A stretch of 64,000 bases of DNA, taken from contig CAZWKA010000005.1 of assembly GCA_964634875.1 (NCBI GenBank), forward strand, positions 27,167-91,166. Reading direction: 5' to 3'. Under the pieces are notes generated by a model. The model was not told the DNA's origin. It did not search any database and saw nothing but the letters and a program-made list of their open reading frames with translations. The position numbers and the translations under genes were made by a program. The DNA is from an uncultured Gammaproteobacteria bacterium. Lineage in GTDB: Bacteria > Patescibacteriota > Patescibacteriia > Magasanikbacterales > GWA2-37-8. Shown here in pieces: positions 1-7,707 of the stretch; the first letter of the stretch is position 1; each line of letters begins with the position of its first letter.

Positions 1-1
1 G

Positions 2-112
2 GCAACGAAAGAAGAAGTTATTGTGGAGGCTCGAGTGAATGCCGACAAACAGGTGAAGCAGCTCCTTAGGTATGTGTTTCCGGATAGGGAAGTGGTGGTA
101 AGTTTTAAATAA
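2..112 (+). CDS. 3' end of an upstream CDS of unknown function, truncated by the window edge
   Basis: Frame 2 reads ...ATKEEVIVEARVNADKQVKQLLRYVFPDREVVVSFK* with no stop before the window edge and a stop at ~110. Not in the ORF track because it is partial. Confidence 0.3.
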   Translation, partial: ATKEEVIVEARVNADKQVKQLLRYVFPDREVVVSFK

Positions 113-117
113 AAACT

Positions 118-1053
118 ATGTCCGAGAAAGAAGTCTCTTATTTTGAAAATAAGTCTAGTGTAGCATTGGAGCGTTTATTTAATGCGCCTGTAAAACTAGC
201 TTCGAGTTCGGCGTATCGCCGCGACCAACTTGTCGTCGTTGGTTTTAAACAAGAAAATATTTCAACTGTAGCGATGCCAGACGAAGAGGAGAACAAAGTG
301 CAGCAAAGATTAAAAGAAGAAAAGTATGGGCGTGGTATTTCCGCAGGAATTGCAGCAGCAAAAGTTGGCTACCTGGCTGAGCGCGCAGATCCTGGGGATA
401 TGGTGATTGGTATGGATACGCTGCCAGTGTTTTTTGCTCCCGAGCCGACTGATGAACGACTCTTTACACCAGGTTTTTTTAATAAGCCTGAAAATGCCGA
501 GGATGCCAAGCGCATGATACAGGAAGCCTTTACCAATATTGTTGCGGGGTATCGAAATTATATGACAATTACTGGTGGTAGTTGGGGGCAGGATGATTTT
601 TCTTATGACCCCCATAATGATTCTGAAAATGATGAAATGACGTCGAGTGAAAAACATTATACACTGATTGGAAATTATCGTTCTGCCACAGTACGCGTTG
701 AAACAGGTGTAGCGATTCGTTTTCCTCACGAATCTAAAGTCGATTCCTTTGTCAGTGCTGTGACGCTGTTGCCGCGAGCGCTGTATCGCATTGCTCAGAC
801 CAAAAACCTCGAAGAGCAACAGGGAGCGATTGACGCGCTGGTGGAAAAAGTTATGAACGAGCTTGGGTCCCAGTCGCTTAAAATTACAGGCGCAGTAAAT
901 TGGGGAAACAAAAAAGTGCGTACTATTTTAGATGTACAAGAGTATTTGCCGCACAGTGATGAGTCAGCGGTTGAGAAAGGCGTTTATTTAGGTGCCCCAG
1001 AAAAAGCAATTAAAGATTTTTTACTCAAAAAGTTTAAAACTCCATCACGTTAG
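118..1053 (+). CDS. hypothetical protein, 311 aa
   Basis: Long ORF directly upstream of dnaJ on the same strand. Codon usage resembles its neighbours. No motif I recognise; it is not GrpE or DnaK. Confidence 0.5.
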   Translation: MSEKEVSYFENKSSVALERLFNAPVKLASSSAYRRDQLVVVGFKQENISTVAMPDEEENKVQQRLKEEKYGRGISAGIAAAKVGYLAERADPGDMVIGMDTLPVFFAPEPTDERLFTPGFFNKPENAEDAKRMIQEAFTNIVAGYRNYMTITGGSWGQDDFSYDPHNDSENDEMTSSEKHYTLIGNYRSATVRVETGVAIRFPHESKVDSFVSAVTLLPRALYRIAQTKNLEEQQGAIDALVEKVMNELGSQSLKITGAVNWGNKKVRTILDVQEYLPHSDESAVEKGVYLGAPEKAIKDFLLKKFKTPSR

Positions 1054-1058
1054 ATTGT

Positions 1059-2168
1059 ATGTCCAAAGATTATTACAAAATTCTCGGTATCGACAAAAAC
1101 GCTTCGACCGATGAAGTAAAGAAAGCGTTCAAAAAAGCCGCGATGCAGCATCACCCGGATAAACCGACCGGGAACGAGGCAAAGTTCAAGGAAGCCAATG
1201 AGGCCTATCAGATTTTGTCCGACAAAGAAAAGCGTGCCCGTTATGATCAGTTTGGTTCTGACTTTGAACAGCAGGGTGGTTTTGGTGGTGGCATGAGTTG
1301 GGAAGATTTGATGCGCGCTTCACGCGGCCAAGGTGGCCAGGGCGGCGGATTTGAATTTAATTTTGGCGGACAAGATTTTGGGGATATTTTTGGCGACCTG
1401 TTTGGTATGGGTGGTGGACGGAGTCGTGGCAGTGCTCGTCAGTCACGTGGCCGCGATATTCAGGTTGATGTCGAACTCGATTTCAAAGAAGCGGCGTTTG
1501 GCGTGGAGCGTGATGTGCGTTTGCGCAAGCAAGATACGTGTGACGTCTGTAAAGGAAATGGTGCTGAGCCGGGCACTAGCATGGAAAAGTGTGAAACATG
1601 TAAGGGTCAGGGGCAGGTGGTGCAAAACCAGCGCACGTTCTTGGGGAATATGCAGACAGTGGCGACTTGTCCGACGTGCCAAGGGCGCGGCGAACATTCG
1701 ACAAAGAAATGCAAGCATTGCGGTGGAGACGGTGTGCTGTCGAAGGAGTCGACAATTAAAGTAAAAATTCCAGCAGGTATTGATGAGGGGCAGTCGATTC
1801 GTATTACGGGTAAAGGCGAAGCCGCCCCGCATGGTGGCACGAGCGGTGACCTCTATGTGTTGACCCATGTTAAACCAAGCAAAGAATTCCATCGTGAGGA
1901 TTTTGATGTATATGTAGATAAAGAAATTTCGTATCCGCAAGCAGTGCTCGGCGACACGATCGAGGTGCCGACGCTTGAAGGAAGTGTAAAGATTTTGGTG
2001 CCCGAAGGAACCGAGTCTGGTCAGTTGATCCGTTTAAAAGGCAAGGGGATTACGCATCTTGGTAGCACGACTCGCGGAGACGAGTTTGTGCGGGTCAAAA
2101 TTCGGGTTCCAAAGAAAGTCAGTAAAACGGCTAAAAAGCTTCTGGAAGAACTCAAAACCGAAGTTTAA
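1059..2168 (+). CDS. dnaJ: molecular chaperone DnaJ
   Basis: N-terminal J-domain (DYYKILGI...HHPDK), a Gly/Phe-rich linker, and four CxxCxGxG zinc-finger repeats ([32 protein letters not shown]). Confidence 0.95.
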   Translation: MSKDYYKILGIDKNASTDEVKKAFKKAAMQHHPDKPTGNEAKFKEANEAYQILSDKEKRARYDQFGSDFEQQGGFGGGMSWEDLMRASRGQGGQGGGFEFNFGGQDFGDIFGDLFGMGGGRSRGSARQSRGRDIQVDVELDFKEAAFGVERDVRLRKQDTCDVCKGNGAEPGTSMEKCETCKGQGQVVQNQRTFLGNMQTVATCPTCQGRGEHSTKKCKHCGGDGVLSKESTIKVKIPAGIDEGQSIRITGKGEAAPHGGTSGDLYVLTHVKPSKEFHREDFDVYVDKEISYPQAVLGDTIEVPTLEGSVKILVPEGTESGQLIRLKGKGITHLGSTTRGDEFVRVKIRVPKKVSKTAKKLLEELKTEV

Positions 2169-2197
2169 AATTGGCTATAATTAGCCAAAATAGTGCG

Positions 2198-2228
2198 AAA
2201 AGGCCTTGACAAAAGGCCTTTTTTGTGC
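2198..2228 (+). terminator. rho-independent terminator of dnaJ
   Basis: Stem AAAAGGCC / GGCCTTTT with loop ttgacaaaa, followed by a T-run. Confidence 0.6.
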
Positions 2229-2234
2229 TATACT
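2206..2234 (+). promoter_or_regulatory. consensus sigma-70-type promoter (TTGACA, 17 bp, TATACT) embedded in the dnaJ terminator and facing the GC-rich island
   Basis: TTGACA at 2206-2211, a 17-nt spacer, then TATACT at 2229-2234. The same -10 hexamer recurs upstream of several genes in this window. Confidence 0.5.
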
Positions 2235-2285
2235 ATTTTGTTCGTCAAACAGACGAATTTTTTGTTTATAAAGCTCTTTAATAAT

Positions 2286-2329
2286 TTCTTACGGTGGAAA
2301 CAGGGTATCCCTTGTTTCCACCGTAAGAA
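2286..2329. repeat. perfect 17-bp inverted repeat hairpin at the left edge of the GC-rich island
   Basis: ttcttacggtggaaaca ... tgtttccaccgtaagaa, with an inner GGG/CCC pairing. Lies 30 nt upstream of the GGAGGG RBS and the ATG at 2359. No T-run follows. Confidence 0.65.
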
Positions 2330-2358
2330 CCAAACCGTTCACTGGAGGGAATTTCGTC

Positions 2359-2910
2359 ATGAAGACTGAGTCTGTCCTCGAGAGTGCCCGCAACCTCGGC
2401 CACATCACGATCACGCTCGGCTTCGCCGCGTTCATCGCTGCGATGGTCGCGAGCGGGTGCGGCACAGAGCCGGTCGGACAGGGCGACGTCGAGGTCGCGA
2501 CCCCCGCGCCCGCGCCGGATCCGCGCTTCACAGCGCCGGGCAACCCCGATTCTCCGCCTTGCTTGGGCTGCGGTTACGCAGCCACGGCTGGCGAGAGCAA
2601 GTCTGTCGCGCCGCCTGCGTCCGTCACCGTTCCCAGCGGCTTCACGCTTCCGCTCGACCTCTCCGGCACGCCCCTCAAGGCCTACCCGGCCTACTCGGCG
2701 CTCTGCCGGGGTGGGGATGTGTCTATCCTCTCGGACTGCCGCAGCCAGGAGCGCGTCTGCACCGCTCCCGAGAACTCCAACGTGGCGGTCGGCTCGATCG
2801 ATCGTCTGTGGTGTTCCGACGGAACGCAGGTCCTCATCCTCATCTGCCCCCTGGACACGAGCGGGGACACGTTCACGGTTGGTACTGAGACCTTCGCTGG
2901 CTGCCGCTAG
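2359..2910 (+). CDS. GC-rich secreted lipoprotein (island gene 1), 183 aa
   Basis: RBS GGAGGG; signal peptide with lipobox (MVASGC); Cys-rich C-terminal half. G/C at most third codon positions, contrasting with flanking genes. The overlapping same-strand ORFs at 2384..2959 and 2457..2888 are GC artefacts. Confidence 0.6.
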   Translation: MKTESVLESARNLGHITITLGFAAFIAAMVASGCGTEPVGQGDVEVATPAPAPDPRFTAPGNPDSPPCLGCGYAATAGESKSVAPPASVTVPSGFTLPLDLSGTPLKAYPAYSALCRGGDVSILSDCRSQERVCTAPENSNVAVGSIDRLWCSDGTQVLILICPLDTSGDTFTVGTETFAGCR

Positions 2911-2946
2911 CCAGCCCCCCCCGAGTCTTCGGACACGGGAGCCCTA

Positions 2947-2971
2947 CGACCCGGATTAAAAACCCGGGTCG
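2947..2971 (+). terminator. GC hairpin after island gene 1
   Basis: cgacccgg attaaaaa ccgggtcg, immediately followed by the conserved AT-rich element. Confidence 0.4.
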
Positions 2972-2974
2972 CTC

Positions 2975-3010
2975 AAATAAATTTCTAAATTTTGTTTGGA
3001 AATTTTGAGA
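2975..3010. repeat. conserved AT-rich inter-gene element, copy 1 (AAATAAATTTCTAAATTTTGTTTGGAAATTTTGAGA)
   Basis: Near-identical to 4380..4414. Internal dyad AAATTTC / GAAATTT. Confidence 0.65.
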
Positions 3011-3119
3011 GTAAGTTCTTTACAACTTAAGGCTACTTACACTCCTGTGGTTAGAACAATGCTTAATGAGTCTTGTTTCAACCACGGGAGCAATCCCATT
3101 TCCTAGGGGGAAGAACACC

Positions 3120-4307
3120 ATGAATCAGACTTTTGCCTCTGCTTTCGCCATCGCCACCACTGTCCTCTTCGGCGCATGCGGCTCGTTGCCGCGGTGGGAG
3201 GATACAATCAAGGCGCCGGCCTTCCAGGCTGTGCGTGAGATCGTGGTCGCGAACGTCCAGCTGGACAGCGCCATTACTGGTACGGCCAACGGCCGTGTCG
3301 TGGTGGCCAAAGAGAAACTGTTCGACAAGACAGTGCTCCTCGGTGCACTCGAGAGCTATGACGTCGTGAGCGGCAGCAAAATCGCTGAGCGCATCCCGAC
3401 TGGTGACTGGCGCGAGACCTGGCACAGCGGCGCGCTCGTCGCTGGTGCGAAGGGTGAGGCTCTTATCGGCCTCGGCGGCGAGTTCCGGCAGATCAACAGC
3501 GATCTCGCGGACACGCAGCGCTTCGATCAGGCCTACACCTATGTGAATCCGGTCTGGACGCCCAGCGGCTGGCTCATCGGCGGGGCGGACAAGTTCGACG
3601 GTGGCGACTCGGTGAAGTACTACTTCAACGATCCGACTGGCGATTCGCCCCCGAGCTTCGCCTTCGACGGCTGTGGCTGGGTGCGGGGCATCGCGAAGCT
3701 GGGTCACACCACCTTCGCAGTTGTCTCGCGGCGCGATGGTAACGCCAAGAACTGGTTCGAGCTGCTCACCTTCACGAAGGGCGCACAGCACGTCTATCGG
3801 GCGCTCAAGACGGACACGGGACGAGTCGGAGGCTACTGCGGCGGTCTCCAGGGTCTGGAGCTTCTCGCTATCGAAGCGGATCGTGCTCGTGAAGAGGTTA
3901 TCGTCGTGTGGTCGTTCGATAAGGACGAGAACTACGAACTCCACGTTACGGCGTTCTCTGAGGACGGCCGGTTGCTGCGGGATCAGAAGCTTCTTTCCCG
4001 CTACGAGCGCGTGTATGCGGCCAAGATCTTCCGTGGGGGAGTCGCTGTCGTCGGGCTGAGCAAGCTCGGCGCTGGTGGCTTCACGCTCAAGCTGATCTCG
4101 ACCGACAGCACCATCAAGGAAGGCGAGGCAATCCCAAATAAGGATGTTGACTCGGTGAGTTCCTTCCGGATCGCCCAGGCTGACCCGAGTCACCTGGTGG
4201 TCGCCTACACCTCGCCGAGTCGGACGGCTGCCCAGGTTCGCTCCACGGTTCTCAAGGTCTACGACCTTGGACCGGGCCCGGGAGACGAGCCGCTCCACCT
4301 CGAGTAG
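3120..4307 (+). CDS. GC-rich secreted lipoprotein (island gene 2), ~395 aa
   Basis: RBS AGGGGG then ATG at 3120 (MNQTFASAFAIATTVLFGACGS; lipobox LFGAC). The track ORF starts further upstream at 3066. The antisense ORF 3078..4298 is a typical high-GC artefact. Confidence 0.6.
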   Translation: MNQTFASAFAIATTVLFGACGSLPRWEDTIKAPAFQAVREIVVANVQLDSAITGTANGRVVVAKEKLFDKTVLLGALESYDVVSGSKIAERIPTGDWRETWHSGALVAGAKGEALIGLGGEFRQINSDLADTQRFDQAYTYVNPVWTPSGWLIGGADKFDGGDSVKYYFNDPTGDSPPSFAFDGCGWVRGIAKLGHTTFAVVSRRDGNAKNWFELLTFTKGAQHVYRALKTDTGRVGGYCGGLQGLELLAIEADRAREEVIVVWSFDKDENYELHVTAFSEDGRLLRDQKLLSRYERVYAAKIFRGGVAVVGLSKLGAGGFTLKLISTDSTIKEGEAIPNKDVDSVSSFRIAQADPSHLVVAYTSPSRTAAQVRSTVLKVYDLGPGPGDEPLHLE

Positions 4308-4350
4308 CCTTCCCCCTCATCTCTTCCGCGCTTCGGCGCGCTCGAGACCA

Positions 4351-4375
4351 ACGCCCGCGATTCACTCGCGGGCGT
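4351..4375 (+). terminator. GC hairpin after island gene 2
   Basis: acgcccgcg attcact cgcgggcgt, followed by copy 2 of the AT-rich element. Confidence 0.4.
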
Positions 4376-4379
4376 CTTC

Positions 4380-4414
4380 AATTAAATTTCTAAATTTTAT
4401 TGGAAATTTTGAGA
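4380..4414. repeat. conserved AT-rich inter-gene element, copy 2 (AATTAAATTTCTAAATTTTATTGGAAATTTTGAGA)
   Basis: Roughly 31 of 35 positions match copy 1, with the same position relative to the preceding GC hairpin. Confidence 0.65.
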
Positions 4415-4428
4415 AGCATTATAACGCT

Positions 4429-4455
4429 AACACCTTTACAAAAGGTGTTTTTTGT
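4429..4455 (+). terminator. rho-independent terminator
   Basis: aacaccttt aca aaaggtgtt followed by TTTTTT. Confidence 0.5.
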
Positions 4456-4513
4456 TATCTACTACTTTAGTCTTTAAGTCTCTGCAACGCCCACTTGTCG
4501 GAGGAAATGCAAC

Positions 4514-5701
4514 ATGCATGTTTTTCGAATCATTGGTTGGTTACTGCCCGCGTGTCTTTCTGCGTGTGGCGAACCGGGTATGACCCCAGGTGCTGCTGAC
4601 CTGCCTCCCTCGGGCGATGAGCGTGGGTGTCAGTCCTTTGGTAATGAGGTTGTTGTCCGGGATGTGCCCCTCGGCGAGACGTATCGTATCGCTGCCTTGG
4701 CGAACAGCTACCTGGTCGCCTGGCACACGAATACCCGCGATGTTCCGAGGGAAGTTAACTTCCACCTGTTTGGTCTTGGCGGAGAGGCTGTCACCACGAA
4801 CCCAGTCACGATCCCGCATGGTGAGGTTGATCTCAATTTCGTGATCGCCGGCAAGGACGGGCGTTACTACGTCCAGACGGTCGAGTCGGTGGCCGGCCGG
4901 CCGTTGTATTGGCTGCATGCGTTATCGCCCGAAGACACTACCTCCATCGTTTCGGCACCGCTCACTGAGAACATGAATGTCTCGGGGATGGCTGTTAGTC
5001 CCTGGGGCCTCCTGGCTGTTTCTGGTAGTTCGACGGCGGAAGAGAGTAGCTACGCCGTTTCGACGGTGGATGAAAAAGCTACCCTGACTCATTTCGCTGA
5101 GATCCGTGAGGCGGGCACGACGTGTCCGGTCGTATCTGCGGTTGCCGCGAGCCATAATCAGCTTGCGATCGCTGCGGTGCGTGAAACGACGAGGGGTACG
5201 AGGAAGCTGAGCGTCATCATCCGTTCGGCAGACGGTTCGGTGAACGATGTTCTTATCGAGGAGCACCAGCGGGTAGCGCTCGAAGAGGCGTTCTACTGCG
5301 CGTCGTACGCTGTTTACATCAAGAAGCTCTTCGCCCTGCCCGACGGTTCGTTTGGTGTGTGGTGGTGGGACTATCGCGTCGCTGGCTACTACCTGACCGT
5401 TGTGTCGAACACTGGCGTTGCTGGTCCGGCGCGTCGAATCAAGCCGGTTCAGTTCCCGGGCATCTCTGATTTGGCTTGGGTGGAAGGTGATTTCGTTGCC
5501 AGCGTCTACCAGTACAACGGTCGGCCCGATGAAGTCGGTATTCTGCGTCTGCAGCTTGACCTGGAGGTTGAGACGAGCGACTACCTGAAGCTGGGCATCG
5601 ATAGTTGGGAGGCACCAAAGATCGCTTCCACAGGGCGACACTTGGCCGTCGTGCGCAATTCGCTTGAGTCACCCGCGGTCTACTTTCTCGCCTGCCGTTA
5701 G
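4514..5701 (+). CDS. GC-rich secreted lipoprotein (island gene 3), 395 aa
   Basis: RBS GGAGG; signal peptide with lipobox (LSACG); GC-rich codons; the antisense ORFs here are artefacts. Confidence 0.6.
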   Translation: MHVFRIIGWLLPACLSACGEPGMTPGAADLPPSGDERGCQSFGNEVVVRDVPLGETYRIAALANSYLVAWHTNTRDVPREVNFHLFGLGGEAVTTNPVTIPHGEVDLNFVIAGKDGRYYVQTVESVAGRPLYWLHALSPEDTTSIVSAPLTENMNVSGMAVSPWGLLAVSGSSTAEESSYAVSTVDEKATLTHFAEIREAGTTCPVVSAVAASHNQLAIAAVRETTRGTRKLSVIIRSADGSVNDVLIEEHQRVALEEAFYCASYAVYIKKLFALPDGSFGVWWWDYRVAGYYLTVVSNTGVAGPARRIKPVQFPGISDLAWVEGDFVASVYQYNGRPDEVGILRLQLDLEVETSDYLKLGIDSWEAPKIASTGRHLAVVRNSLESPAVYFLACR

Positions 5702-5769
5702 GCGATTTTGGCAATTTAGTGCCATCCCCAATCTATATTGGGCATGCGTGCGGACATGTTGCCCTCCGC

Positions 5770-5810
5770 TTTTCTCTTGAGCGCTTACGTATTAAGCTCT
5801 CAAGAGAAAA
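5770..5810 (+). promoter_or_regulatory. long hairpin between island gene 3 and the ECF sigma promoter
   Basis: ttttctcttga gcgcttacgtattaagc tcaagagaaaa forms an 11-bp perfect outer stem plus inner pairing. It may terminate the island transcript or act as an operator for the sigma gene. Confidence 0.4.
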
Positions 5811-5850
5811 ATTGTTTACCCTGATATTTTTTGGTAAACTACAGATTGTT

Positions 5851-6363
5851 ATGGCTTTTACTAAAAATGATTTTGAAAAGTTTTATAACGATCACTTTGA
5901 TAAAGTGTATCGTTTTATTTTCTTTCGGATTGGCAGCAACAAAGATGTGGCCGAGGATTTGGTATCCGAGATTTTTATGAAAGCGCTCAAAGCGTTCGAA
6001 ACGTATGACCCGAAGGTCAGCCAGTCAGCATGGATCATGACGATCGCAAAACATCATCTCCTTAATTACTGGAGGGATCGTAAAAATGCGGTGCCACTGC
6101 CCGGAAGCGAGATGTCCCAAGAAAATGGTGTGTTGGATAGTTTTTGGCTTAAAAGCGCTCTGTTACAGTTTGGTGTCCAAAAGGAGAAATGGCACGTAAC
6201 CGAACTTTTATTAAAATTAGAAACAAACGAGCGGGAAATTGTAACTTTTCACTACCTTTTGGGGTATAGTTATTTAGAGATTGCTGAACTGCGGGGTCAA
6301 AGCGAAGGGGCGGTAAAAGTTGCAGCCCACCGAGCGATTAAAAAAATGCGTGATTGGTTATGA
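5851..6363 (+). CDS. ECF-type RNA polymerase sigma factor
   Basis: Sigma-70 region 2 (YDPKVSQSAWIMTIAKHHLLNYWRDRKN) and region 4 HTH (EREIVTFHYLLGYSYLEIAELRGQSEGAVKVAAHRAIKKM). The ATG at 5851 follows a TTGTTT...TAAACT promoter. The track ORF start at 5719 is a GTG extension. Confidence 0.8.
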   Translation: MAFTKNDFEKFYNDHFDKVYRFIFFRIGSNKDVAEDLVSEIFMKALKAFETYDPKVSQSAWIMTIAKHHLLNYWRDRKNAVPLPGSEMSQENGVLDSFWLKSALLQFGVQKEKWHVTELLLKLETNEREIVTFHYLLGYSYLEIAELRGQSEGAVKVAAHRAIKKMRDWL

Positions 6364-7109
6364 AATTTTTACTAAAATACAATTTAAGAAAAATGGGTAA
6401 AGCCCTGAAGGCCGAGCCTGCTTTTAAGCAAATGCTGTGGGCGGTGCTCGAAAAATCTTTGGATACTTCCCGTGCGCCGAGAGTTTTGTGGTACCAAGGA
6501 TATGTTTTTCGGGTGGCAACTGCTTTTGTGCTTGCTGCTGTAGTTGTTGGTGCAACAGGCGCCTATGCTTATGCGAGTCCCACAGTTACCGAGGGTACTG
6601 TTTTGTACCCAGTAAAAAAGACACTGGAGAAAGTGGGGGAGAAATTACAGGTCACGCCCGAGAAGAAAGCGGTCTTTTTGTTAAAACAGATCGATCGCCG
6701 CGAGGCTGAGAAAAAAGTTCTGGAGACGAAGCATCAGCCCATCCAAAACATTGAGACAGCGATTGGGAGTACTGAACAAAAGCTCGAGACAGCGAGCGCG
6801 GCACTTAAGGCGACGCCAAAGAAAAATCCGGCTTTACTTAAAAAAGTTGAGAAACGTTTGACGGAGCGCCAAGAACGGCTTGAAAAAGCCAAACGTGAAT
6901 TGGAAAAACGCCTAGAAAAACGGGAAGAACGTGATGAGGATGATAGTGAGGGGAAGGAAGAAAAGAAAAGGGAAGAGAGTGGTGTTATAGAGCAGCTCGG
7001 TGAGAAATTGTTACAAGATAAACCTGTGGAGTCACGCGAGCAGAAAAAAGACTTGGAAGACGTGGTGCAGGAGAGTGTTGAGGAAAGGCTTATGGATCGG
7101 CTCAGATGA
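6360..7109 (+). CDS. putative membrane-spanning anti-sigma factor
   Basis: Its ATG overlaps the sigma TGA (ATGA). Short cytoplasmic N-terminus, one TM helix (VATAFVLAAVVVGATGAYAYA), and a charged coiled-coil ectodomain. Confidence 0.5.
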   Translation: MKFLLKYNLRKMGKALKAEPAFKQMLWAVLEKSLDTSRAPRVLWYQGYVFRVATAFVLAAVVVGATGAYAYASPTVTEGTVLYPVKKTLEKVGEKLQVTPEKKAVFLLKQIDRREAEKKVLETKHQPIQNIETAIGSTEQKLETASAALKATPKKNPALLKKVEKRLTERQERLEKAKRELEKRLEKREERDEDDSEGKEEKKREESGVIEQLGEKLLQDKPVESREQKKDLEDVVQESVEERLMDRLR

Positions 7110-7115
7110 TAGTTC

Positions 7116-7155
7116 TAAAAAAGAATGCCTCTTAGTTTAAGAGGCATTCTTTTTG
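7116..7155. terminator. bidirectional rho-independent terminator
   Basis: An A-run, the stem agaatgcctctta gtt taagaggcattct, then a T-run. It serves the convergent anti-sigma and rnhA genes. Confidence 0.65.
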
Positions 7156-7156
7156 T

Positions 7157-7564
7157 CTATCTTTTGACTGCTGCATCAAGTATTTTGTTAACCTCGGCAT
7201 CGGCTTCTTTGTTGCCCGCGCGCAGCGTGTGGCGATAGGTAACTTTTTTGAATTTGGTGGAGAGGTTATAAGCTGCGAGCCATAATTTTTGGAGCGTCGG
7301 TTCTTTGACGCGGTATTCACGACGCATCTGTTTGACAGCAAGCTCGCTGTCGAGAATGCAGTCGACTTCAGTGGCGCCGAGCTCGAGCGCTTTTTCGAGG
7401 GCGAGAATGAGTGCGGTGTATTCGGCAAAGTTGTTGGTCTGTGTGCCTAGGTATTTACCAAAGGCTGCAACGACTTCCTGATGCTCGTTTTTGACCACAA
7501 CTCCAGCCGCCGAAGGTCCAGGGTTTCCACGTGAGCCGCCATCGGTAAAAGTAATAAGTTTCAT
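7157..7564 (-). CDS. rnhA: ribonuclease HI
   Basis: ITFTDGGSRGNPGP... matches the RNase H catalytic fold pattern (DGS.GNPGP, downstream E, D..D). The likely start is M at 7564 (MKLITFTDGG). Confidence 0.8.
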   Translation of the reverse strand: MKLITFTDGGSRGNPGPSAAGVVVKNEHQEVVAAFGKYLGTQTNNFAEYTALILALEKALELGATEVDCILDSELAVKQMRREYRVKEPTLQKLWLAAYNLSTKFKKVTYRHTLRAGNKEADAEVNKILDAAVKR

Positions 7565-7707
7565 AAAAATTAGAGTTGCCATTTCCGTACAGGCTTGCCA
7601 GTACGGTAGACGGGCGGGAAGGTAAGAAGGTAGGTTGCGTGTACCAAACCCCGGATTCCCATCTGCGTGTGAATGACAGTATTAAAAATAAAAAGAGTTT
7701 TTATTTT

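Noticed and set aside
1333-1940. ORFs 1333..1764(+), 1443..1940(-) and 1607..1840(-) inside dnaJ
   Set aside because: Embedded in or antisense to an unambiguous dnaJ reading frame. Compositional artefacts of the Gly/Cys-rich region.
3078-4298. 406-aa minus-strand ORF antisense to island gene 2, and similarly 4922..5641(-), 2384..2959(+), 2457..2888(+) and 3673..4059(+)
   Set aside because: Long stop-free antisense and alternative frames are expected in GC-rich DNA. The plus-frame ORFs have RBSs and lipoprotein signal peptides; these alternative frames translate to Arg/Pro/Ser-rich low-complexity sequence.
5719-5850. N-terminal extension of the ECF sigma ORF (track start 5719)
   Set aside because: Starts at GTG inside the hairpin/promoter region. 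The sigma-70 region 2 alignment begins after the ATG at 5851.
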